From IMG/VR virus record IMGVR_UViG_3300021399_000121, positions 43,502-107,501 of that record: 64,000 nt of DNA, one strand, 5' to 3'. The DNA comes from a virus (lineage: Duplodnaviria > Heunggongvirae > Uroviricota > Caudoviricetes). The notes under the pieces are model-generated. The model was not told the DNA's origin and ran no database searches. It saw only the letters and a list, made by a program, of their open reading frames with translations. The translations under genes and the position numbers were made by a program. Of the stretch, positions 22,610 through 30,400 are shown piece after piece (position 1 is the stretch's first letter; every line of letters begins with the position of its first letter).

Positions 22610-22685
22610 GGCCTTGTAGTTAAGTTGGTTATAATAATTGTCTTGTAAACAATAGTCCTCAGTTCGAATCTGTGCGAGGCCTCCA
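22610..22685 (+). tRNA. tRNA-Thr (anticodon TGT).
   Basis: Cloverleaf folded by hand: acceptor GGCCTTG/CGAGGCC, anticodon loop CTTGTAA, T-loop TTCGAAT, CCA encoded. Confidence 0.6.
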
Positions 22686-22688
22686 TAC

Positions 22689-22763
22689 CGGGCGTTAGTG
22701 AAGCGGTTATCACAATGGTCTGTCTAACCATTATCACGGGTTCGATTCCCGTACGCCTGGCCA
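22689..22763 (+). tRNA. tRNA-Asp (anticodon GTC); tentative.
   Basis: D-stem GTGA/TCAC, anticodon stem ATGGT/ACCAT with loop CTGTCTA, T-arm ACGGGTTCGATTCCCGT, CCA encoded. Confidence 0.45.
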
Positions 22764-22766
22764 TAT

Positions 22767-22853
22767 GCCGAAGTCGCATAGTCTGGTCAATTGCATCGCG
22801 CTGTAAACGCGACGGCTCGTCCTGCGGGAGTTCAAATCTCTCCTTCGGCACCA
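22767..22853 (+). tRNA. tRNA-Tyr (anticodon GTA), type II with a long variable arm.
   Basis: Acceptor GCCGAAG/CTTCGGC, anticodon loop CTGTAAA, long variable arm, CCA encoded. Confidence 0.6.
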
Positions 22854-22862
22854 GTTAATTAC

Positions 22863-22940
22863 ACCCCAGTAGCTCAGTCTGAAAAGAGCATTGCGCTACG
22901 GACGCAAGTGTCGTGGGTTTGAATCCTACCTGGGGTGCCA
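22863..22940 (+). tRNA. tRNA-Arg (anticodon ACG).
   Basis: Acceptor ACCCCAG/CTGGGGT (7 bp), D-arm TAGCTCAGT, loop CTACGGA, CCA encoded. Confidence 0.6.
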
Positions 22941-22949
22941 ATAATCAAT

Positions 22950-23024
22950 GGGAGTCTAGCTGAGATGGATTAGCAAGGGTCTGAAAAGCCCTGGAGGAGG
23001 GATCGTTACCTTCGGCTCCCACCA
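22950..23024 (+). tRNA. tRNA-Phe (anticodon GAA) with an atypical T-loop, ATCGTTA.
   Basis: Acceptor GGGAGTC/GGCTCCC, anticodon stem AGGGT/GCCCT with loop CTGAAAA, CCA encoded. Confidence 0.5.
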
Positions 23025-23025
23025 T

Positions 23026-23100
23026 GCGGGGTTAGCTCAATGGTGGAGCAGAGGACTCATAATCCTTTGGCTGTAGGTTCAAATCCTACACTCCGCACCA
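23026..23100 (+). tRNA. tRNA-Met/fMet (anticodon CAT).
   Basis: Acceptor GCGGGGT/ACTCCGC, loop CTCATAA, T-loop TTCAAAT, CCA encoded. Confidence 0.6.
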
Positions 23101-23103
23101 AAT

Positions 23104-23180
23104 GCGCTTGTAGCAGAATTGGCATATGCACCGGACTCAAAATCCGGGATTTGTGAGTTCGACTCTCACCAGGCGCACCA
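23104..23180 (+). tRNA. tRNA with a tRNA-Trp-like body but anticodon loop CUCAAAA (nominal anticodon CAA) on a type I scaffold. It is a candidate recoding tRNA.
   Basis: Its anticodon stem CCGGA/TCCGG and T-arm GTGAGTTCGACTCTCAC closely resemble bacterial tRNA-Trp. A CAA anticodon on a short-variable-arm tRNA is anomalous. CCA is encoded. Confidence 0.45.
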
Positions 23181-23183
23181 AAT

Positions 23184-23264
23184 GCCCTTGTGGTGGAATT
23201 GGAAGACACGCGTGCCTTAGGAGCACGTGCTTAGGCGTGGGGGTTCGAATCCCTCCAGGGGCAG
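23184..23264 (+). tRNA. tRNA-Leu (anticodon TAG), type II.
   Basis: Acceptor GCCCTTG/CAGGGGC, anticodon stem CGTGC/GCACG with loop CTTAGGA, long variable arm. Confidence 0.55.
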
Positions 23265-23325
23265 TTGCGAGAATCAGAAACCTCCACGTGGTTCGCAATG
23301 GTTAACACTAATATCTGATATTTAT

Positions 23326-23396
23326 TGGCGATTAGTTCAATAGTAGAACTCGGGCCTTTGGCACCCGTAACGGGGGAGCGTTACCTCCATCGCCAG
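23326..23396 (+). tRNA. tRNA-Gln (anticodon TTG). Position 1 is U, as in bacterial tRNA-Gln.
   Basis: Acceptor TGGCGAT/ATCGCCA, loop CTTTGGC, atypical T-loop AGCGTTA. Confidence 0.5.
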
Positions 23397-23398
23397 CC

Positions 23399-23473
23399 CG
23401 TTCCTTAGTATAAAAGTTATTACAGACGCCTGATAAGCGTCAGAACCAGGAGCGTTACCTGGAGGAACGACCA
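23399..23473 (+). tRNA. tRNA-Ile (anticodon GAT).
   Basis: Acceptor CGTTCCT/AGGAACG, anticodon stem GACGC/GCGTC with loop CTGATAA, T-stem CCAGG/CCTGG, CCA encoded. Confidence 0.55.
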
Positions 23474-23475
23474 AT

Positions 23476-23552
23476 GTCGGCATCGTCTAGTTGGACTAGG
23501 ACACTACCCTTTCAAGGTAGAAACGCGGGATCGTAGCCCGCTGCTGATACCA
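23476..23552 (+). tRNA. tRNA-Glu (anticodon TTC).
   Basis: Anticodon stem CTACC/GGTAG with loop CTTTCAA, T-arm GCGGGATCGTAGCCCGC, CCA encoded. Confidence 0.5.
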
Positions 23553-23869
23553 TAGACACTACCTCCAAAAGTGATGATACTTTTATGTGCGGAGGTCATG
23601 AACCGCACATCCAGTAAAATCATGGATGGACTAATGAGCATAGCGGTGTTAGATGCATGGTTCTGATCATGACAGAGACGGTGGTGATGCTTGTGTAGCT
23701 ATCACCCTATGCGACCATAAAGAGAAAAGAATATAATATGATAGAAAAAATTAAAAATTGAATTACAAAAAGAAAATATCATCACGTTTTAACATGCGGT
23801 GCAGCTTCAATTATTATAAAAAATTAGTTGACTCCTGTTCAATATTTATGATATAATATATTTATAAGG

Positions 23870-24073
23870 TTGAGAGGAGATAATATGGCTGATAAGAAAG
23901 TTGTTCATCGTATTTATCATCCTAAAGGATGGGTTGTGCGGACTTACTCAACTAACAAGCAAGCTAAAGCTTTTATTGAGGGTATTAATTTCAATATTCC
24001 CTCTTGGCATTATGATGAACTTTATAAGATGCGGGCGGAGGTAACGGATAGTGACGAAATCTGCTATGCTTAA
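23870..24073 (+). CDS. Small protein encoded inside the tRNA array (MADKKVVHRIYHPKGW...).
   Basis: Conserved promoter at 23822-23860 and RBS GGAGATAAT. Confidence 0.4.
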   Translation: MRGDNMADKKVVHRIYHPKGWVVRTYSTNKQAKAFIEGINFNIPSWHYDELYKMRAEVTDSDEICYA

Positions 24074-24257
24074 AAAATATATTGTTTGTGAAGAATGCAT
24101 TGATGGAAAATGGGGATTTTATTCTATTCGTATGAATACTGATTGTAGTCCTTCACGTTTTATTATAGTTGCAAGTTTTGATACGTATGAAGAAGCAAAT
24201 GAATACATAGATTATTTATTGCATCCAGAAGATTATTTTAATCATGATGATGATTAG
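24051..24257 (+). CDS. Small hypothetical 68-aa protein.
   Basis: ORF track entry; overlaps the upstream gene. Confidence 0.35.
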   Translation: MTKSAMLKKYIVCEECIDGKWGFYSIRMNTDCSPSRFIIVASFDTYEEANEYIDYLLHPEDYFNHDDD

Positions 24258-24266
24258 CACCTTGTG

Positions 24267-24338
24267 ACGCGGGGTAGAGTACTGGTAACTCAACGTCCTC
24301 ATAAGTCGTGATATACGCGTTCGAATCGCGTCCCCGCG
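24267..24338 (+). tRNA. Second CAT-anticodon tRNA, either an elongator Met or a lysidine-modified Ile2.
   Basis: Acceptor CGCGGGG/CCCCGCG (perfect 7 bp), D-stem GAGT/ACTC, loop CTCATAA, T-arm ACGCGTTCGAATCGCGT. Confidence 0.55.
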
Positions 24339-24471
24339 ACACAGGGTAGCTGCATACCTGTTCGATAAAGTTCAAAAAGATAGCAGAGAGATGAAGGGTG
24401 AAACCGGATAATAGATACAATGTCTGAACTACTAAAGTATCTTTCTCTCTTAAAATTTTATTCCCGGTTCG

Positions 24472-24535
24472 TTCAACGGCAGGACGCGACACTGTTAATG
24501 TCGTTATACTGGTTCGAATCCAGTACTGGGAGCCA
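24472..24535 (+). tRNA. tRNA-Asn (anticodon GTT).
   Basis: Acceptor TCCCGGT/ACTGGGA, anticodon stem CGACA/TGTCG with loop CTGTTAA, T-arm ACTGGTTCGAATCCAGT, CCA encoded. Confidence 0.55.
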
Positions 24536-24538
24536 TAT

Positions 24539-24802
24539 TCGCTCGTGACGCAGCTGGTAGCGTAGTGGACTTTCGATTGGAAGCCTTATAAGGAAACTTA
24601 TAAGTGAACAGCTCGCTAAATCGGTGAAACCTTTAAAATGGTAATACCGAGCAAGGGAAACCGTGTGTAGAGACTTTACACGAGCCACCTAAGTTTTATA
24701 ATATGGTGAAGATAAAGTCCAGACCACAAACAGAAATGGCTATGAAAATAGTAGTGGTATGTAATCCATTAGTCGCGGGTTCGAATCCCGCCGGGCGAAC
24801 CA
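24539..24802 (+). tRNA. Candidate split tRNA with an anticodon-loop intron. The 5' half is at 24539-24572 and the 3' half at 24765-24802, separated by about 190 nt.
   Basis: The acceptor TCGCTCG pairs 7/7 with CGGGCGA across 250 nt. The 5' half has a canonical D-arm (ACGC AGCTGGTA GCGT) and the 5' strand of an anticodon stem, GTGGA. The 3' half has the partner strand TCCAT, T-arm GCGGGTTCGAATCCCGC and an encoded ACCA. One possible splice restores the loop CUUUUAA (Lys-UUU); another restores CUUGUAA (Thr). Confidence 0.35.
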
Positions 24803-24804
24803 AT

Positions 24805-24880
24805 ACCGAGTTAGCTTAATTGGCAAAGCGCGACACTCTTAATGTCGGAGATGTGGGATCGTGGCCCATGCTCGGTACCA
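24805..24880 (+). tRNA. tRNA-Lys (anticodon CTT).
   Basis: Acceptor ACCGAGT/GCTCGGT, D-stem GCTT/AAGC, anticodon stem CGACA/TGTCG with loop CTCTTAA, CCA encoded. Confidence 0.55.
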
Positions 24881-24890
24881 AATAACAAAT

Positions 24891-24967
24891 ACCCGTGTCG
24901 TATAAATGGAAGTATAGCTTGACTCCAAATCAAGAAGGCGTCTGTTCGATTCGGACTGCGGGTGCCA
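24891..24967 (+). tRNA. tRNA-Trp (anticodon CCA).
   Basis: Acceptor ACCCGTG/TGCGGGT, anticodon stem CTTGA/TCAAG with loop CTCCAAA, T-arm GTCTGTTCGATTCGGAC, CCA encoded. The D-stem appears to pair U11-A24. Confidence 0.55.
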
Positions 24968-24975
24968 TATAATAA

Positions 24976-25051
24976 GCCGCATTAGCTCAAGAGGAAGAGC
25001 CGTAGTCTTCTAAACTACTTGTTATAGGTTCGAGTCCTATATGCGGCGCCA
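24976..25051 (+). tRNA. tRNA-Arg (anticodon TCT).
   Basis: Acceptor GCCGCAT/ATGCGGC, D-arm TAGCTCAAGAGGAAGAGC, loop CTTCTAA, CCA encoded. Confidence 0.6.
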
Positions 25052-25064
25052 GTTAATTATAAAC

Positions 25065-25154
25065 GGAAGATTGGCCGAGTCTGGATTATGGCGCCTGCCT
25101 CGAAAGCAGGTGTACCGCTAGGTACCGTGGGTTCAAATCCTACATCTTCCGCCA
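25065..25154 (+). tRNA. tRNA-Ser (anticodon CGA), type II.
   Basis: Acceptor GGAAGAT/ATCTTCC, anticodon stem CCTGC/GCAGG with loop CTCGAAA, long variable arm, CCA encoded. Confidence 0.55.
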
Positions 25155-25261
25155 TTTTTTTCTTTTTTATAATCAATTCTGCCAAATAACAAAAAATTAT
25201 AATCATTTGTGATATAATTTTATATATAATAGAAAAGATATTATTGCAGGAAGGAGAGATT

Positions 25262-27016
25262 ATGAAGAAGTTTTTAGCCATTTTATTAACAATAATGTGT
25301 TTAATGATCATTCCTATCACCGCATATGCCGCAGATGATAATGACGCGACACATGATATTACTGTGGAGTGGTATATTGGAGATTGGGATGGTAACGAAC
25401 AACTCCTAGAGTCAGATTTCATTGAAGATGTTCCTAATGGAGTCTTTAATTATAAAGATTTAGTTTGGAATCCAAAGGGTGGAACTTTTTACCGTGAATA
25501 TGGGATTTTACCTATTATTAGAGTAAATGGAAAATATTATTTGCTCTCTTGGACAGATGTTGAATGCAATTATCCTATGAATAATGATGCCTGGGAAGTT
25601 GAATTTAAACAAGAGCCTAACCATCCTGGAGACGATGAAAATTGTTATATGGGTTTTCATTATTCAGAAGTAAAGTTTGCAACAAAAGAAACTAAAGATA
25701 AAATTAAAGTAAGTATTGATGGCTCAGCCAATGAAAATTTAACAGAACCTACAACTTATCAAGTATATCAAATTTTTGATGTGCGGAAGTCTGCTGATGT
25801 CCAAGAGGATGTAACTACAGATGAAACTGTTGGAAAAACAATAACAAATGAAGATAGCGGATTCGCATATTATATTAAAAGTAATAGTGAATGGTATGAT
25901 GTAATTGCATCAATGCCGCAATATTTCAATTTAATTCAAACAACTGAAGAAGGTTTATATAATGTTGTTCTTGCGGATGGGGTAGTTCCGCAAGAGTCTA
26001 CTGCTATTGAAATTGCTGCAGAGCTTGAAAAACATATCGATGGTAAAACTAGTACAACATTAACCGCAAATGAAGCTAATATGGAAATGAATCCAGGTTA
26101 TTATTTAATTGTCTCTCCAATTAATTCTAATCTCATTTTAGCTACAACGAATATTGATATTACTGAAAAAGCTCAATATCCTACAATAGAAAAAACTATC
26201 GCAGAAGAAGATATTAACTCTTCTATTGGACAATTAGTTCATTTTACAGTAAATGTAAAATTTCCCAGAGGAAGTAAAGCATCTGCGGTTATTACAGATG
26301 TTATGGATGAAGGTTTAACTTTTAAAGAAATTACTTCTATTAATATTAATAATTATAATATTAATACAACTAAAGATGGTTTTGAAATTAATATAGATGC
26401 AGATACTATTAAAGCATTTGCGGCCGATAGTGAAAATACTTTAACTTTTGAATATACTGCTTTAGTTAATAAAAAGGCTATTGTTAATACGGATATCAAT
26501 AATGAAGTTACTTTAACATATGTAAATTATGTTCAATCTGATTCCGTAAAAACATCTGTAACAGAAATGAATCTTTTGAAGTATGCCGCAGAAGATGAAG
26601 ATAAAAATGTCTTATCTGGTGCAGAATTTCAAATTCTAGATGAAGATGGTACTCCTGTTGAACTATATGAAATTACACCTGATACAGAATATAGAGTAGC
26701 AACCGAGGAGGATGCTACTTCAATGAATACCTTTCGCACCAGAAACACACTTATTAGCATCAACGGGCTCGATGCAGATAAACATTACAGATTACGGGAA
26801 ATTAATGCTCCAGCAGGATATAATAAATTGTCCTCTGATGTTTCAGTGGAGCTCCAACAAACTTCCTCAGTCCTTCTAGAAATAGCTAATTTTAAAGGTA
26901 TAGAGCTTCCCTCTACAGGTGGAATTGGCGTTATAATCTTTTATCTGATAGGTGGGGTATTAATTCTTATCGGAATTATCTGTCTCGTCTATCATAAGAA
27001 AAAAACAAAAGAATAA
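25262..27016 (+). CDS. Secreted, sortase-anchored (LPXTG-type) surface protein, adhesin- or pilin-like.
   Basis: RBS AGGAAGGAGAGATT precedes ATG 25262. It has an N-terminal signal peptide. The C-terminus carries LPSTGG, a hydrophobic helix and HKKKTKE. Internal beta-rich repeats are present. Confidence 0.6.
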   Translation: MKKFLAILLTIMCLMIIPITAYAADDNDATHDITVEWYIGDWDGNEQLLESDFIEDVPNGVFNYKDLVWNPKGGTFYREYGILPIIRVNGKYYLLSWTDVECNYPMNNDAWEVEFKQEPNHPGDDENCYMGFHYSEVKFATKETKDKIKVSIDGSANENLTEPTTYQVYQIFDVRKSADVQEDVTTDETVGKTITNEDSGFAYYIKSNSEWYDVIASMPQYFNLIQTTEEGLYNVVLADGVVPQESTAIEIAAELEKHIDGKTSTTLTANEANMEMNPGYYLIVSPINSNLILATTNIDITEKAQYPTIEKTIAEEDINSSIGQLVHFTVNVKFPRGSKASAVITDVMDEGLTFKEITSININNYNINTTKDGFEINIDADTIKAFAADSENTLTFEYTALVNKKAIVNTDINNEVTLTYVNYVQSDSVKTSVTEMNLLKYAAEDEDKNVLSGAEFQILDEDGTPVELYEITPDTEYRVATEEDATSMNTFRTRNTLISINGLDADKHYRLREINAPAGYNKLSSDVSVELQQTSSVLLEIANFKGIELPSTGGIGVIIFYLIGGVLILIGIICLVYHKKKTKE

Positions 27017-27038
27017 TTAAACGAATGGGGATTTTATA

Positions 27039-27257
27039 ATGAGAATTATTAAACAAGGACGTATTCCTAATCTTGAATATTTATTTACTTGTAATACATG
27101 CGGATGTGAATTTGCTGTAACTCGTTATGAATTAATTAATGAAAATTCTTATATTGATAAAAGTTCTTACAAATGTCCTATTTGTGGAGAACAAGCTTAT
27201 GGCCCTATTATGCAAGAGGTTGAAGAGTCTGAATCTGAGAGTGATCGTGAAGAATAA
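27039..27257 (+). CDS. Small zinc-ribbon protein (CNTCG ... CPICG).
   Basis: ORF track entry; RBS GGGGATTTTATA. Confidence 0.4.
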   Translation: MRIIKQGRIPNLEYLFTCNTCGCEFAVTRYELINENSYIDKSSYKCPICGEQAYGPIMQEVEESESESDREE

Positions 27258-27445
27258 TGTCGGAAAATATGATTTTTAATTGTGAAAAATGCGGAAAAGC
27301 TTTTTTTGCTACTCCGCAAGATTATAGAACAACTTTTTGACGAGGGGATTTTATAAAAGAATCTTATTGTCCTTATTGCGGCGCCATTATTCAAATACAT
27401 TCAAAAGATAATTCTTTTTCAAGTTCTAATGGAGGAAAATTTTAA
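27257..27445 (+). CDS. Paralogous zinc-ribbon protein (CEKCG ... CPYCG) with an in-frame TGA at 27338-27340.
   Basis: Overlapping starts and stops (TAATG at both ends). The two Cys pairs are restored only if the TGA is sense. Confidence 0.35.
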
Positions 27446-28413
27446 TGGCAGTATTATTTAATTCTGTTCGTCCACTTTATCGTTGTGAAAATTTAACCGC
27501 CATTTGGAATGCTTATCAAGAAGATAAAACATTTAAACAATATGGATATGGTGATTTAACTAAAAGCTGTAGAGATTTTCCTGTTGTTGTAACAGATGAA
27601 TTTATACGCAATAAGGTTATTGGTCAAAAAATAATTATGATTGCCCATGGTTTAACGGGTGGTAAACTTTATGGAATAGATCAGCCGCATGGGCAATTTA
27701 AACCACAATGCTGTAGATTAACAAACTATTATATTACTAGTAGTGAATACGGTCGTAAATTCGCGTCTAGCGCTGCGGGTATTCCAATTGATAGATGCCT
27801 CGCACTAGGTATGCCTCGTACTGATAATTATATAAATAAACAAAGAGGAGACGGAGGAACCTTCTTAGCAAAAAGCTATAATAGAGTTTATTTATATTTA
27901 CCAACTTTTCGTGCAAAATATAATAAACCAACGCCTAAAATAAATTATGAATATTTAAATTCATTGTTAGAAGAGGATGAGTTATTTGTTGTAAAAAGAC
28001 ATATGATCAGTAAAAAGAGGATATTGCCGCACACAATGTCCAATATTTATGAAGTCGATAGTGTGGAAATAACAACTCCTTATCTCTTGGATTGTGATGT
28101 TGTCGTAACTGATTTTAGTAGCGTTATGTTTGATGCTCATTTTTTAAATAAGCCTGTTGTACTTACTGCAGATGAAAATGATGAATATTTAATTTCTCGT
28201 GGTATGTATATGAATTATCCTTATGATTATAGTTCTAGAGCTATAGCAGTTGAAGGAAATGAAGAGAAACTTGTAGCTCTTATGAGAGACGCTGCTTCAA
28301 ATGGTATGACAGATGTAGAATTACAATGTCGAGAACGCACTTCTGGCGCTTGCGATGGACATTCAAGTGAGCGAGTGGTTAAATTAATTAAAGATATTAT
28401 AAATGAGACTTAA
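27445..28413 (+). CDS. CDP-glycerol glycerophosphotransferase-like (TagB/TagF family) teichoic-acid-type transferase.
   Basis: LYLPTFR resembles the conserved (Y)APT(W/F)R motif of TagB/TagF; 322 aa. Confidence 0.45.
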   Translation: MAVLFNSVRPLYRCENLTAIWNAYQEDKTFKQYGYGDLTKSCRDFPVVVTDEFIRNKVIGQKIIMIAHGLTGGKLYGIDQPHGQFKPQCCRLTNYYITSSEYGRKFASSAAGIPIDRCLALGMPRTDNYINKQRGDGGTFLAKSYNRVYLYLPTFRAKYNKPTPKINYEYLNSLLEEDELFVVKRHMISKKRILPHTMSNIYEVDSVEITTPYLLDCDVVVTDFSSVMFDAHFLNKPVVLTADENDEYLISRGMYMNYPYDYSSRAIAVEGNEEKLVALMRDAASNGMTDVELQCRERTSGACDGHSSERVVKLIKDIINET

Positions 28414-29100
28414 ATGAAAAAAATAATTCTTTTAATATTGATTATTTGTATATGCATTTTAACTGGATGCAATAAATCACAAATAAATGAATCAAAACAA
28501 GAAACTTTTTTATTACCATTAAAAGAACAATTTTTTGAAGAACCAAAGGCACAAAAAGATACGGTTGTAATTAAAAAACAAAAAGAAAAAAAAGAAAACA
28601 ATGGTTTAATAGAAGAAGAAGAAAAAAATAATAATCTAATAGAAGAAGAAAATTATGTTGAAAATGTTGTAACAGAGGAATATATTGAAGATGTTCCAGT
28701 AGAAGAGTATGTTGAAAATGTTCCGACAGAAGAGTATGTTGAAGATACATCTTATAAAGAAGATATTGCTCCAATAGAAGAACAAGAAAATAATGTATCC
28801 ATACAAGAAGAAAAAAATAATAGTGCAGATATAAATAATTCTAATTTAACTCAACAATCTGGGGTTAATTATTATGACGGTCGTACGGAAACATATTATT
28901 CTTCAAATGCTTTATATCATAAAGATACTGATCAATGGACAGTAGATGATGAAGGTTTCTATAGAACTGATGAAGGATATTATGTAGTTGCGGCTAGTGA
29001 TATGCCGCAAGGTACTACTTTTGAAGGTAGTAAAGGTACTTGTATTGTATTAGATAGCGGCTGCGAAGAAGGCGTAACAGACTATTATACTAATTTTTAA
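28414..29100 (+). CDS. Lipoprotein with a Glu-rich repeat region.
   Basis: Signal peptide MKKIILLILIICICILTGC with lipobox LTGC; EEEN repeats. Confidence 0.5.
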   Translation: MKKIILLILIICICILTGCNKSQINESKQETFLLPLKEQFFEEPKAQKDTVVIKKQKEKKENNGLIEEEEKNNNLIEEENYVENVVTEEYIEDVPVEEYVENVPTEEYVEDTSYKEDIAPIEEQENNVSIQEEKNNSADINNSNLTQQSGVNYYDGRTETYYSSNALYHKDTDQWTVDDEGFYRTDEGYYVVAASDMPQGTTFEGSKGTCIVLDSGCEEGVTDYYTNF

Positions 29101-29312
29101 ATATAAACAAATGCCTGTTCGACTCAGGCTCGGTCCTCCTGTGGGCTGATCGTTTAAGTACGGCAAGACTTGTTTTAAAATATTTGTTGACGGTTGTTTA
29201 ATTTTTATGCTATAATATATACATAAGGTAAGGGAGATAATTATTCGAATTAATTGCTGTCTCTCTTGGATGATTAGTTTAAAAGAAAAAATAATTAAGC
29301 CTTAAATTTTTA

Positions 29313-29342
29313 ATTGACAATTAAATAAAAAATATGTTATAA
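29313..29342 (+). promoter_or_regulatory. Consensus promoter firing into an ORF-free block. A second tandem promoter lies at about 29172-29205.
   Basis: TTGACA at 29313-29318 and TATGTTATAAT ending at 29342. Confidence 0.5.
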
Positions 29343-29349
29343 TATAAAT

Positions 29350-30110
29350 ATAGAAAAGGGAAAGTTAAACATTCTCGCCAATATCAACCAAAGCGGTTCC
29401 GGGAGCAACGATTTGGAGAGACGGCCTAGACGCGGGTGTGGGAAGTGATGCCACATAGCGAAAAACGAGAGTGGGGAGTAGCTACCCCAGGAATTGGTCG
29501 GGATACAACGAGAAGGCTCGTACCGAGTAAACCTAAGTCGAAGGTAAGAATGTTTAACTATTCGTTTTCTGAAACGAAGTACAAAAGAGATGGGTTCTCC
29601 ATTCTCGTATAAGGTTGATAGTCCTTTCAAACTAAACTATCCGTCCATGCGTGATGACGTTAAAAGCTAACGTATAGCGAAAGGTTGACGAACCAAGTAG
29701 CGGCGTAAGGGTTTTCTTATGCTTTCTTTTCCAACAATGCTTCGGCCGTAAGCAGCCACGTGATAAGTGGTATAAAGAAAGCGCCATAGAGATGGTGACA
29801 GGTCCGATTGAATGCTGAAGCTCATGCGAACTCGGTAAGCGAGTTAGGGTACAAAGGCTAAACCCTCCGAGTAATGTGCACGTAGTTTGTTAACTCTTCT
29901 TCTGCGAAAGCCGAACCAAAAAAGAAGAGAAATTGATACTGAATGGTCAAGGAAAAGACAGAAAAACCAAAGTCGTGTGAAGACTATAAAGCTCGGCTGG
30001 TTTTGTGGACATAGGCAAAGAACTTCCTACCAGAAAAAATATTAGGAAGGGGTTTTTCCAGCGGCAGGTTGTGAGTCCTGATAAAGTGCGTAAAGACGCC
30101 ACCCGCATTT
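29350..30110 (+). ncRNA. Candidate structured ncRNA (about 760 nt) immediately upstream of tRNA-Cys and tRNA-Ser.
   Basis: No ORF of 75 aa or more. GC is about 48%. It is promoter-driven. The minus-strand ORF 29337..29630 is likely an antisense artefact. Confidence 0.35.
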
Positions 30111-30117
30111 ATTTTAT

Positions 30118-30197
30118 GCGCATATGGCGGAGTCTGGTCGATCGCAACGGCCTGCAAAGCCGTATAATCGTTAGTTCAAATCTAACTATGCGCTCCA
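30118..30197 (+). tRNA. tRNA-Cys (anticodon GCA).
   Basis: Acceptor GCGCATA/TATGCGC, anticodon stem ACGGC/GCCGT with loop CTGCAAA, T-arm GTTAGTTCAAATCTAAC, CCA encoded. Confidence 0.55.
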
Positions 30198-30201
30198 ATA
30201 T

Positions 30202-30294
30202 GGAAGTGTGGCCGAGTGGTTGATGGCGCTTCTCTGCTAAAGAAGTAGGCGATGTAGAGTCGTTTCCGGGGTTCAAATCCCCGCACTTCCTCCA
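30202..30294 (+). tRNA. tRNA-Ser (anticodon GCT), type II.
   Basis: Acceptor GGAAGTG/CACTTCC, anticodon stem CTTCT/AGAAG with loop CTGCTAA, long variable arm, CCA encoded. Confidence 0.55.
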
Positions 30295-30400
30295 GATATT
30301 CTATAGGGTAACTGTAAATTATACAGTTGCCCTATTTTTTTATTTGACAACTTATATTTTATATATTATAATATAAGTATAAAAGAAAGGAGGATAGATA

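Noticed and set aside
22603-25422. Minus-strand ORFs 22603..22851, 24238..24492, 24473..24688 and 25057..25422
   Set aside because: They overlap densely packed tRNA genes and are not credible coding sequences.
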